A DNA stretch of 32,000 nucleotides, from the NCBI RefSeq assembly GCF_008065095.1, contig NZ_CP042911.1, positions 7,830,001 to 7,862,000 of the forward strand. The letters are read 5' to 3'. Position 1 is the stretch's first letter; each line of letters starts with the position of its first letter. Positions 22,931 to 32,000 of this stretch are shown piece by piece. The notes below the pieces were generated by a model that saw nothing but the letters and a program-made list of their open reading frames with translations, had not been told where the DNA came from and ran no database searches. Made by a program: the position numbers and the translations under genes. This DNA is from Gemmata obscuriglobus. GTDB lineage: Bacteria > Planctomycetota > Planctomycetia > Gemmatales > Gemmataceae.

Positions 22931-23283
22931 CAGTGTTTAGTGTGCGAAGCCTCGCGCACCGACACGGAACCGTTTCCCCTGCCCCCGCACGTGCGGGGCA
23001 GCCCAATACGACCGCGATAGTTACCGCACGAATACCGTCTTCACAATATGAGCAGTAACAAGGTAACGGGTTCGTGCGAAACTTGCAACTCATCGAGCGG
23101 ACTCGTGCCCCCGCACGCGCACGTGTTCCGCGCGTGCGTGTCGTTTACAGTTGTCTCGATGCCAGCGTACCCTGACGGTTCCGGAGTCGTGTTTCGAGCA
23201 CGGTCACGGGACGAATGAATCGCCCGGAGCTTCGGATGAGTTGGTTTTCGGCCGGGAGTCGGAGGCTATTGGACTTGGCTTGG

Positions 23284-23336
23284 CTCGTTTTTGTGCCCTT
23301 TGTGCTTCTTTGCGGCCATTACTTCTTCCTCTGCGG
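23284..23336. repeat. Single copy of the TTTTGTGCCCTTTGTGC... repeat family
   Basis: ctcgtttttgtgccctttgtgcttctttgcggccattacttcttcctctgcgg, ~40 nt downstream of the stop of 23376..24227. Confidence 0.7.
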
Positions 23337-23375
23337 TTGGCCCCACTTCTCCGCGCGTTCCCGTGCCGGTCACGC

Positions 23376-24227
23376 TCACAGCAGCGCGAACGCGCCCAGG
23401 ATCGGAACGGGCGTCAGGAGCAGCACGTCGGCCAGCGCCCGCACGGCGTCGCCGCTCAGCCGGTGGGCGGCGCCGTGCAGCGCCGTGAGCCCGGCGAAGG
23501 ACACCGCGAGCGAGAGGCCGAACGCGCGGCCACCAACCGCCGTCAGGGCCGCGGCCAGCGTCAGCGCGACTCCGAGCCAGACCAGATCGCGGTTCATGGT
23601 CCGCCACCAGCGGGACGCGCCCCCGGGGTCGTTCACCCGGTCGCTGTCGGCGTCACGGGCGGCGATCACCAGACAGGCGAACGTCACCACCAGGAACACC
23701 GATACCAGAAGCGGCCACGTCCGCGCCGCCTCACCCAGGCACGCGTAGGCGCCCAGCGCGAAGAACAGCCCGACGCCGAACTCTTTACCGGGAAGCTTCG
23801 TCCGGAACAAAACCGGGACCACGAACAGCAGCCCGTGAAGACCCACCCCGATCGCGACGAGCGCCGCGCGCTGAATCACCTCGGCCGGCAAGCCAGCCCC
23901 GAGTAGCGCGACGATGCCCACCAGACACACGAGGAGACAGACGCCGAACAGCGGCCGGGCGCTCCGCCCGAACCGCAGCCGGCCGGTGGCGTGCGTCCAG
24001 TCCCGGCAGCGGGCGACATCAATGAGCCGGTCGGACAGGTAGATGAACCACACCACCAGGAACATCGCGGCCGCGGGCCGGGCGTGCAGCGCGACCCCGG
24101 ACGCGCGGCCGGTGGCCCAGGTCCAGGTCAGCGCGACGCACGGGGCGTCGAGCCCCAGCCAACTGGGGAGCAGCCACCAGCGAAACGGGGGCGCGTGGTC
24201 ATCGGTGATGGGGCTTCCGTCGGACAT
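23376..24227 (-). CDS. Polytopic integral membrane protein (283 aa), possibly UbiA-like prenyltransferase family
   Basis: At least 7 hydrophobic helices. YLSDRLIDV is an aspartate-rich motif. The start lies 3 nt after the dgkA stop, giving an operon-like layout. Confidence 0.65.
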   Translation of the reverse strand: MSDGSPITDDHAPPFRWWLLPSWLGLDAPCVALTWTWATGRASGVALHARPAAAMFLVVWFIYLSDRLIDVARCRDWTHATGRLRFGRSARPLFGVCLLVCLVGIVALLGAGLPAEVIQRAALVAIGVGLHGLLFVVPVLFRTKLPGKEFGVGLFFALGAYACLGEAARTWPLLVSVFLVVTFACLVIAARDADSDRVNDPGGASRWWRTMNRDLVWLGVALTLAAALTAVGGRAFGLSLAVSFAGLTALHGAAHRLSGDAVRALADVLLLTPVPILGAFALL

Positions 24228-24230
24228 GAC

Positions 24231-24599
24231 TCACCACCCCACCGCGGCCCCGATTTTGGGCACAAACACCGCGCCGCCGACCACGACCGCCGTGAGCGCG
24301 ACCACCAGCACCGCCGCCGCGCCACAATCTTTCGCCTGCTTGATGAGCGGGTCACGCTCTTGCGTAACGCGGTCGGCGAGCCGTTCGAGCGCGGTGTTCA
24401 TGCACTCGGCGGAGAGCACCAGACCGATGCAGAGCACGACCGCAACCCACTCCCAGGCGGCGAGCGCGAACACGCCCCCCGCGGCGGTCACCCCCGCCGC
24501 AACCACGCAGTGAATCCGCATGTTCTGCTCAGACCGGATCACGTCGATCAGGCCGGCGCAACCGATCGTGAGGCTGCGAACGAGCTTTCGGAAGTTCAT
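24231..24599 (-). CDS. dgkA: Diacylglycerol kinase family protein (122 aa)
   Basis: ATG at 24599. SEQNMRIH...SAECMNTALERLADRV...DPLIKQAKDCGAAAVL matches the DgkA signature. Confidence 0.8.
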   Translation of the reverse strand: MNFRKLVRSLTIGCAGLIDVIRSEQNMRIHCVVAAGVTAAGGVFALAAWEWVAVVLCIGLVLSAECMNTALERLADRVTQERDPLIKQAKDCGAAAVLVVALTAVVVGGAVFVPKIGAAVGW

Positions 24600-24651
24600 G
24601 GCGACACGGGCTCGTCGGCACTCATCGGTTTTGTGGTTGTCAGTGGTGCGC

Positions 24652-24873
24652 CGCGAAGACGTGAAGAGGCAGTAGCCACAAAAACGCACAAAGGGCACAA
24701 AAGGAAACCAAACAGCAGGTGCATTGAACACCCTCTTGCTCTTCGCTTTCTTTTGTGCCCTTTGTGCGTTTTTGTGGCTACTGCCTCTTCTGCTTTTCTC
24801 TTCGGTTTTCTTTTGTGCCCTTTGTGCGTTTTTGTGGCTACTGCCTCTTCACGTCTTCGCGGCTACTGCCTCT

Positions 24874-24889
<16 letters not shown>
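24652..24889. repeat. Cluster of the TTTTGTGCCCTTTGTGCGTTTTTGTGGCTACTGCCTCTTC repeat: one inverted plus two direct copies and a partial copy
   Basis: Inverted arm at 24652-24707. Direct copies at 24748-24790 and 24808-24861 (60-nt period). The partial copy at 24862-24889 contains the trpB stop codon (24874-24876). Confidence 0.85.
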
Positions 24890-26091
<1,202 letters not shown>

Positions 26092-26221
26092 ATGTCGAGT
26101 ACCGGGGAGTGACACGGGAAGCGAAACGGGCCAGAGTCTGATTGTAGCAGCCCGACCGGGGTTCGCGCCGGGGGGCGGATGCGCCATAATTTCTCTGCCC
26201 GTTGTGCGCGGTGGAGCGTTC

Positions 26222-27274
26222 ATGCCCGAACTGCCGGAAGTTGAGACCGTCGTCCGCGACCTGCGCCCGCTGCTCACCGGGCGGGTGATTACCGCCGTCC
26301 GGCGCAGCGCGTTCAAGCTGCGCCGAACGTGGAACCCCGCCTGGGCCGCCGCACTCGCGGGAACCCGGGTGGAAGCCGTTCGGCGCCGGGGGAAGTGGAT
26401 TCTCGTTGACCTGGAGTGCAAGGCAGACCCACCCCCCAACCCCCTCCCTGAAGGGAGGGGGAGGAAGGCAGACCCACCCCCCAACCCCCTCCCTTCAGGG
26501 AGGGGGAGTTCGGGCGCAACGTCTCGCGAACTCGATTCGCAAATCGGTTCCAACGTGGCTTTGCTCCCCTTCCCTTTAGGGAGGGGGCCGGGGGGTAGGT
26601 CTTCCCCCCTGCTCCGCGTTCACCTGGGCATGACCGGGCAGTTCACCGTTGTTCCGGCGGACGCGCCCGAGCCCGACCACCTGCACGCAGTGTTCGCGCT
26701 CGACAACGGTCACGAGTTGCGGTTCCGCGACCAGCGCCGGTTCGGGTCGGCGGAGTTCTTCGCGGACCGGGCGGCGGTCGAATCGGAGATGAACGCGGAA
26801 CTCGGGCCGGAGCCGTTCAACATCGACGCCGACTACTTCCGCGCGGCGGTGAGCGGCACGGGCCGCAACCTTAAAGCGGTCTTGCTGGATCAGACGGTTG
26901 TGGCGGGCGTCGGCAACATCTACGCGGACGAGGCGTGCTTTCGCGCGAAACTGCACCCCGGGCGCCCCGGCAACAAGCTGACCGCCGGGGAGTGCGACGC
27001 GCTGCGGGAGGCGGTCGAAGCCGTCCTCACGCGGGCGATCGAGTCGCGCGGGAGCACGATCCGCGACTACGTGGGCGGGTCCGGGTTGCGCGGCGGGTTC
27101 CAGAACGAGTTCGCGGTGTACGGCCGCACGGGCGAGCCGTGCCCGACCTGCGCGGCGGCGGTGGTGTGCGCCCGCTACGCCGGCCGCGCCTCGCACTTCT
27201 GCCCCCGGTGCCAGGCCCCCGAGGGACAGAAGCCGGCTACCGGTAAGAAGAAGCGGACGACGCGCGGCAAGTGA
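26222..27274 (+). CDS. mutM: Formamidopyrimidine-DNA glycosylase (Fpg/MutM) with a 64-aa in-frame repeat-derived insertion (350 aa)
   Basis: MPELPEVE N-terminus, [11 protein letters not shown] ... [19 protein letters not shown], and a C-terminal CxxC...CxxC zinc finger. The insertion lies at 26417-26608. Confidence 0.9.
   Translation: MPELPEVETVVRDLRPLLTGRVITAVRRSAFKLRRTWNPAWAAALAGTRVEAVRRRGKWILVDLECKADPPPNPLPEGRGRKADPPPNPLPSGRGSSGATSRELDSQIGSNVALLPFPLGRGPGGRSSPLLRVHLGMTGQFTVVPADAPEPDHLHAVFALDNGHELRFRDQRRFGSAEFFADRAAVESEMNAELGPEPFNIDADYFRAAVSGTGRNLKAVLLDQTVVAGVGNIYADEACFRAKLHPGRPGNKLTAGECDALREAVEAVLTRAIESRGSTIRDYVGGSGLRGGFQNEFAVYGRTGEPCPTCAAAVVCARYAGRASHFCPRCQAPEGQKPATGKKKRTTRGK
26417..26608. 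repeat. MITE-like GC-rich palindromic repeat insertion inside mutM (two direct copies plus one inverted copy)
   Basis: aaggcagacccaccccccaaccccctccct-gaag/tcag-ggaggggg at 26420-26461 and 26465-26506. An inverted copy lies at 26564-26605. Same family as the palindrome at 29461-29523. Confidence 0.85.
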
Positions 27275-27308
27275 GCCCGATACATAAACCCGCTGGCGCC
27301 AGGACCGT

Positions 27309-27408
27309 GGTGTAACGGGGGTTACAGTGCCGACCGGCGAAGGTTCCGACCGGTTGCACGTCGTCCCCCTTCGGACGAAGGTGTAACGGGGGTTACAGCG
27401 CCGACCGG
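27309..27408. repeat. 29-bp direct repeat GGTGTAACGGGGGTTACAG(T/C)GCCGACCGG x2, each with a TGTAAC/GTTACA hairpin
   Basis: Copies at 27309-27337 and 27380-27408 (28/29 identical). A third CCGACCGG lies between them. Confidence 0.8.
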
Positions 27409-27797
27409 TCGCAGGCGATGGGTCACCGACTGGACATTCGCGGGCAACGGACTACCGCCCCGCTGGGGCATCGCTACCACGGAATCCGGCCCCTCAAGCC
27501 CCGGGAGACGTGCCCGAGAGCGACCGGTATCGGAGCCGAAAGCATCCGAGAGACGCGACACAATATCTTGCTGAAAAACGATTTACGAATCCGAACCCTT
27601 CGTGAAATCGGCTGGAGCAGGCGAACGGAACCCGGTGCCGAAGACTCTGCGGCGGGCGGTCGCGACGAAAAGCAAAACTTCTGGAAGCGGTATGCGAGGA
27701 AATGCGATGGGGAAGTGCCCGATGTGCCGACATTCCTGACGGCGCGCCCTAACTCTTAACTCCTGACCCCTGACCCTTAACTCTTGCCCCCTCTGCC

Positions 27798-29453
27798 ATG
27801 TCCTACAAGGCGTTCAAGCGGCTGGTCGGTGAGACCAGTTTGGAGCGGAAGTGCCGGTGGCTGCTCGGGGCCGGGGTTCTGGTGCTCATGACCGGCAGCT
27901 TCTGGGTCTACTCCAAGCAGACCGAGGACCTGGCCTCCGAGCAGCTCGAAACCACCGGCCGCGCGTTGCTGGCGCCGAGCGTGGCCCGGATGCACGTGAA
28001 GGGGGACGTGCTGAAGGCGGTGGACGAGTTCCAGCACCTCGCGGAGGGGGACTGGCACTGGCCGCAGACGCTCCGCGGGTACAACGTCCGGCTGCTCAAG
28101 CCGAAGGCCCTGGACGACGCCGACAAGCCCGACAGCGACGACCTGCCGGTGTTCACCAAGCTCACCACCGACCCGCTGAAGAACGAGGAGACCCGCAAGG
28201 CCCCCAAGGAGAACGCCTTCTACTACTATGCCGCGGTCCGCGCCCAGCCCTCGTGCGTGGAGTGCCACAAGGACCCCCTGCGGGCCGGCGTCAAGGCCGT
28301 CAACCCGGACCTGCAGCCCGGGCAGGTGATGGGGGTGGTCCGCATCCGCATCTCCACGCAGTCGATCGAGGAGGGGTTCCACACGAACCGGGCGCTGCTG
28401 TTCTCGTTCGCCATCGGCACCTCCCTGCTCATCATCGCGGGCAGTTACCTCATCATCCGGTACGTGATCGTGAAGCCGGTGAAGCACCTGAAGGAGGTGT
28501 CCGAGGCGATCGCCGCCGGCGAGCTCAACATCCGCAGCGAGATCCAGACCGGCGACGAGTTCGAGGACCTGTCGCACGCGTTCAACCGGATGCTCCGCAA
28601 CCTCACCAACATCCAGGAGCGGAACCGCAAGCTGATCGCCGACCTGGACCGCAAGGTGGACGAGCTGGCCCGGGTGAACATGGCGCTGTTCGAGAGCAAC
28701 CGGCTCAAGAGCGAGTTCCTCTCCACCATGAGCCACGAGCTGCGCGACCCGCTGAACAGCATCATCGGGTTCTCGGAGGTGCTGATCGCGGCCGAGAACC
28801 TCACCGAGAAGCAGCAGCGGTACGCGGGCAACATCATGACCAGCGGCCAGCGGCTGACGGCGCTCATCAACGACATCCTGGAGCTCGCCAAGCTGGAGGC
28901 GGGGAAGATGCGGCTGCACCCGGAGCCGTTCAACGCGGCCGCCGCGTGCGAGCACGCGGCGGCCCAGATCCGCCCGCAGGCCGAGAAGAAGAACATCGAC
29001 GTGCGGGTGGCGGCCGACCCGCACGCGCCGGCCACCCGCCAGGACGCCGGCAAGGTGCACCAGATCATCACGAACCTGCTGTCCAACGCGGTGAAGTTCA
29101 CCCCCGAGGGCGGCCGGGTGACGCTCAAGGCGGCGACCGACGGGACCGACCTGGTGCTGACGGTCACCGACACCGGGGTCGGCATCGCGCCCGAGGAGCA
29201 GGACCTGATCTTCGAGAAGTTCCGGCAGGCCGCGAACCCGATGACCCGCGAGCAGGGGGGCACCGGACTGGGGCTGTCGATCGTGCGGGAGCTGGCGAAG
29301 CTGCTCGGCGGGGACGTGACGGTCCACAGCGAGCTGGGCCGCGGGAGCACCTTCACGGTGCGCATCGCCGCCCGCCTGGCCGACGAGCCGCTGCTGGGCT
29401 TCGAGCTGAGCGAGGAGCCGCAGTTGCCGCACCCGGAGGGGGCCGTGAGTTGA
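27798..29453 (+). CDS. Sensor histidine kinase with periplasmic CXXCH (heme-c, DUF3365/Tll0287-like) domain, HAMP, HisKA and HATPase_c (551 aa)
   Basis: TM helix, CVECH at 28254-28268, second TM plus HAMP (VKPVKHLKEVSEAIAAGELN...DEFEDLSHAFNRM), H-box FLSTMSHELRDPLN, N/G boxes NLLSNAVKFT, DTGVGI, GGTGLGLSI. Confidence 0.9.
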   Translation: MSYKAFKRLVGETSLERKCRWLLGAGVLVLMTGSFWVYSKQTEDLASEQLETTGRALLAPSVARMHVKGDVLKAVDEFQHLAEGDWHWPQTLRGYNVRLLKPKALDDADKPDSDDLPVFTKLTTDPLKNEETRKAPKENAFYYYAAVRAQPSCVECHKDPLRAGVKAVNPDLQPGQVMGVVRIRISTQSIEEGFHTNRALLFSFAIGTSLLIIAGSYLIIRYVIVKPVKHLKEVSEAIAAGELNIRSEIQTGDEFEDLSHAFNRMLRNLTNIQERNRKLIADLDRKVDELARVNMALFESNRLKSEFLSTMSHELRDPLNSIIGFSEVLIAAENLTEKQQRYAGNIMTSGQRLTALINDILELAKLEAGKMRLHPEPFNAAAACEHAAAQIRPQAEKKNIDVRVAADPHAPATRQDAGKVHQIITNLLSNAVKFTPEGGRVTLKAATDGTDLVLTVTDTGVGIAPEEQDLIFEKFRQAANPMTREQGGTGLGLSIVRELAKLLGGDVTVHSELGRGSTFTVRIAARLADEPLLGFELSEEPQLPHPEGAVS

Positions 29454-29460
29454 GCGGGGC

Positions 29461-29523
29461 GAAGGCAACCCACCCCCAACCCCTCCCTAACCTAAAGGGA
29501 GGGGTTGGGGGTGGGTTGCCTTC
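29461..29523. terminator. 63-bp perfect palindrome (27-bp arms, 9-nt loop) between convergent genes; bidirectional terminator or REP-like element
   Basis: gaaggcaacccacccccaacccctccc-taacctaaa-gggaggggttgggggtgggttgccttc. It lies 8 nt after the kinase stop and 16 nt before the NRPS stop. Confidence 0.5.
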
Positions 29524-29538
29524 ACGGAACCGGTGCCG

Positions 29539-32000
29539 TCAGCCCACGACGGTCGGGCACCCGGCGTAGGCGCGGTTCGGCAGCAGTCGCTCACGTTTCA
29601 TCACCACGCTGTGCCCCGCGACCCGGGCGCCCGCACCGACATGGCACCCGTACAAGAGCACCGCACCGACGCCCACGGAGGCCCCCGCCCCGATCACCAC
29701 GCGGTCCATCTTCAGCACCCGGTCCTCGAACGTGTGCGCCTGGAACAGGCAGCTCACGGTCGCCCCGTCCCGCATCTCCAGCATGTCGGGATCGACCACG
29801 CAGGCGAACACGTCCCCGATCACGACGCCCCGGCCGACCTTCGCACCCAGCGCCCGCAGGTAGTAGTTGAGCAGGATCGTGCCCTCGAGCGCCTGCATCG
29901 GGGCCAGCGCGAGGTAGTGCCAGGCGATGTAGTTGAAGTCCCACCGGCTGCACCAGCACGACCACAGCCCGCGCGTGGCCGGGCGCACCCGCCCCAGCAG
30001 CGCCCATTTGAGCGCCAGCCCGAACAGCGGCAGCGCGACCAGGAACGCCAGATCGAGCGCCGGGACCACCACGAACATCAGCGTTTCCAGCGACACGTGC
30101 GGCTGCGCCGCCTCGAGCGCCGCGAACCACGTCACCACCAGCAGGAGCGGCGCCACCGGGAGGGCGAACCGCAGCAGCTCCCAGAACACGCGGTTCACGT
30201 ACCGGACGCGCGACGGCCGGTGCGTCAGCCCGGCGTCGGCCTCGACGATCTCGCGCCGGGGCAGCTCGAACGGCGGCACCCCGAACCACGACGTGCCTGT
30301 GGTCATGACGCGATCGTCGGCGACCGTACACACGCCGAGCAGCACGCCGTCCGGAACGTGCTGCCCGGCCGGTACGACCGCGTAGTTCCCGAGGAACACG
30401 CCGGACCCGAGCGTCGTGCGCGCGAGCGTCACGGTCCCGCGGTGGACGTGCGGGGCGCCGAGGTAGATGCCGTCGGCGAAGAAGGTGCCCGGCCCGAGTT
30501 CCACCAACTCCGGCACGGTATCGAAGATCGTGCTGACCTCGGTGTCGCGCCCGATCTTCATGCCCGCGCCGCGGAGCCACGCGCGCCACAGGAGCGTGCC
30601 GTTGAGCCAGTCGTTCGCCCAGTCGAGGGTGTCGCGCTTGAGCAGCACGCGGGCGTAGGTGACGCCCCACCGGCTCACCACGCCCTCCGGGATCGCGCCC
30701 ATCGCGCGCATCGAGACGCAGCGCGACACCAGCAGCACCGGGACGGACAGCACCGACAGAGCGACGCCGACGAGCAGTTCATCGGGTCCGAGGGTGGGGT
30801 GGAGGAACCACCCGGTCGCGGCGGAGGTGTCGATCCCGGCGGCCCACGAGTACAGCACGGCGGCCAGGGCCAGCGGGAGCAACGTGAACGCGGCCAGCGC
30901 GAGCTTCGCGCCACACAGCAGCAACCCGTGGGCGACCGGCGGCAGCCCCCGCGCCCCGGCCGGGAGCGGCGGCGCGGCGGGCGCGCGCCCGGCCGGAGCC
31001 GCCGGAACGCCCGACCACGTTTCGCCCGCCGGCACCGCGGCGCCGGGCACCAGGTACGCTTGTGCCGTCAGGTAGGCGTTTTCGCCGAGGCGCGTGTCGG
31101 GAGCCATACCCGACCGAATGTCCAGCGTCGCGCCGCTCCCGATCGCGACCGGGCCGACCACGATCTGCCCGTCTTCGAGGTCGACCAGCCGGAGCGTGGC
31201 GTCGCGGGCGATGCTCACGTTATCGCCGATCTCGAGCAGGTCCCAGCCGCCGTGAACGAGCGCCACGCCCTTGTGGATGTGAACCCCGCGGCCGACCTTC
31301 GCGCCGAGCAGCCGCAGCACGGCGCCGGTGAACACGGTGCCGTCGAGGAAGCTCCACGGGATCAGCCGCGCGGTCTGCTGGACGATCCAGTTGCGGACGT
31401 AGAAGCTGCCCCAGATCGGCGCGCGGGTCGGCCGGTAGCGGCCGATCAGCAGCCACTTCACGACCGCCGCGAAGAGCACCGAACCGACCGCGTACAGCGC
31501 GACCCCGGCCGCGTACAGCAGCGGGGCGGTGAGCAGAAACGGCGTCAGCCCGAGCCGCTCCGTCGCGTCGGGGACGATGTGGAACGCGAGCAGGTACACC
31601 AGCGGCCCGACCGTGAACACGCCGAGCAGCAGCCACAAGGTTTGGACCACGGTGGCGAACAGCGGGTGCGCACGAGGCGCGGGCGCGGCAGGCGCAGGTG
31701 CTTCGTGCGCCGGAGGCGGGGCCTGCCGGGCGCGCCGGGCCAGCCCTTCGACCGTCCGCGCCTCGTACAGGTCGCGCACCGCCAGCCCGGCGGTCAGCGG
31801 ATCGTCGCGGAGGGCGGAAACCAGCATCGCGGCGCGGAGCGAATCGCCGCCGAGGTCGTGGAAGAAGTCGTGATCGACCGACACACGCTCGGTCAGTCCC
31901 AACACCTGCCGGGCGGCGTCGGCGATGAGCCGCTCGGTCGGGTCGCGCGGCTCCACCACACGCTCGTGCGCTTCGGGAACGTGGGCCGCGAGTTCGGGCA
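29539..32000 (-). CDS. Pls/PosA-type non-ribosomal peptide synthetase, 3' part (carrier domain plus TM-interleaved hexapeptide-repeat domains); 5' end lies beyond the window
   Basis: Carrier-protein motif FFHDLGGDSLRA. This is followed by alternating hydrophobic helix pairs and left-handed beta-helix-like segments (LLGAKVGRGVHI..., LRGAGMKIGRDTEV..., LRALGAKVGRGVVI...). The frame stays open to position 32000. Confidence 0.75.
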   Translation of the reverse strand, partial: PELAAHVPEAHERVVEPRDPTERLIADAARQVLGLTERVSVDHDFFHDLGGDSLRAAMLVSALRDDPLTAGLAVRDLYEARTVEGLARRARQAPPPAHEAPAPAAPAPRAHPLFATVVQTLWLLLGVFTVGPLVYLLAFHIVPDATERLGLTPFLLTAPLLYAAGVALYAVGSVLFAAVVKWLLIGRYRPTRAPIWGSFYVRNWIVQQTARLIPWSFLDGTVFTGAVLRLLGAKVGRGVHIHKGVALVHGGWDLLEIGDNVSIARDATLRLVDLEDGQIVVGPVAIGSGATLDIRSGMAPDTRLGENAYLTAQAYLVPGAAVPAGETWSGVPAAPAGRAPAAPPLPAGARGLPPVAHGLLLCGAKLALAAFTLLPLALAAVLYSWAAGIDTSAATGWFLHPTLGPDELLVGVALSVLSVPVLLVSRCVSMRAMGAIPEGVVSRWGVTYARVLLKRDTLDWANDWLNGTLLWRAWLRGAGMKIGRDTEVSTIFDTVPELVELGPGTFFADGIYLGAPHVHRGTVTLARTTLGSGVFLGNYAVVPAGQHVPDGVLLGVCTVADDRVMTTGTSWFGVPPFELPRREIVEADAGLTHRPSRVRYVNRVFWELLRFALPVAPLLLVVTWFAALEAAQPHVSLETLMFVVVPALDLAFLVALPLFGLALKWALLGRVRPATRGLWSCWCSRWDFNYIAWHYLALAPMQALEGTILLNYYLRALGAKVGRGVVIGDVFACVVDPDMLEMRDGATVSCLFQAHTFEDRVLKMDRVVIGAGASVGVGAVLLYGCHVGAGARVAGHSVVMKRERLLPNRAYAGCPTVVG

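Noticed and set aside
22931-23906. A search for an integron integrase or any tyrosine recombinase at the array head, including ORF 23151..23906 (+).
   Set aside because: No R-H-R-Y-type recombinase-like sequence was seen in any frame. ORF 23151..23906 is Arg/Glu/Gln-rich and antisense to the membrane protein gene.
27418-27759. 113-aa ORF in the mutM-kinase spacer.
   Set aside because: It has no SD, a composition unlike the neighbouring genes, and it overlaps repeat and hairpin motifs. It is more likely a non-coding leader.

Overview
This is a very GC-rich bacterial chromosome segment. It carries clear Planctomycetota (Gemmataceae-like) signatures: a DUF1559/H-X9-DG pseudopilin, DUF1573 paralogs and a TIGR03067-type lipoprotein. 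The window falls into three blocks. (i) 1-9.2 kb is a decaying accessory segment bracketed by ~0.3-kb diverged direct repeats. It opens with a ~250-bp AT-rich island and holds a cluster of DUF1573 proteins, a MauE fusion, a 6-Cys secreted peptide and a pseudopilin. That cluster is hit by two intact IS elements (IS4-like with a 7-bp TSD, IS701-like with a CTAA TSD) and a G9 homopolymer frameshift, and it ends in an IS1595 transposase remnant. (ii) 9.2-22.9 kb is the main signal. About 20 small, unrelated, co-directional minus-strand ORFs are each separated by one copy of a 78-111-bp structured repeat with GCCGAAC...GTTCGGC terminal inverted cores. This looks like an integron-type gene-cassette array with non-canonical attC-like sites, and no integrase is present in the window (CALIN-like). 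(iii) 23-32 kb is housekeeping: a membrane protein, dgkA, trpB, mutM/fpg with an in-frame palindromic-repeat insertion, a heme-c-type sensor histidine kinase, and the 3' two-thirds of a Pls/PosA-type NRPS. These genes are interspersed with two more families of palindromic intergenic repeats. I recognised no rRNA, tRNA or CRISPR. All family calls come from motif recognition by eye; no searches were run.
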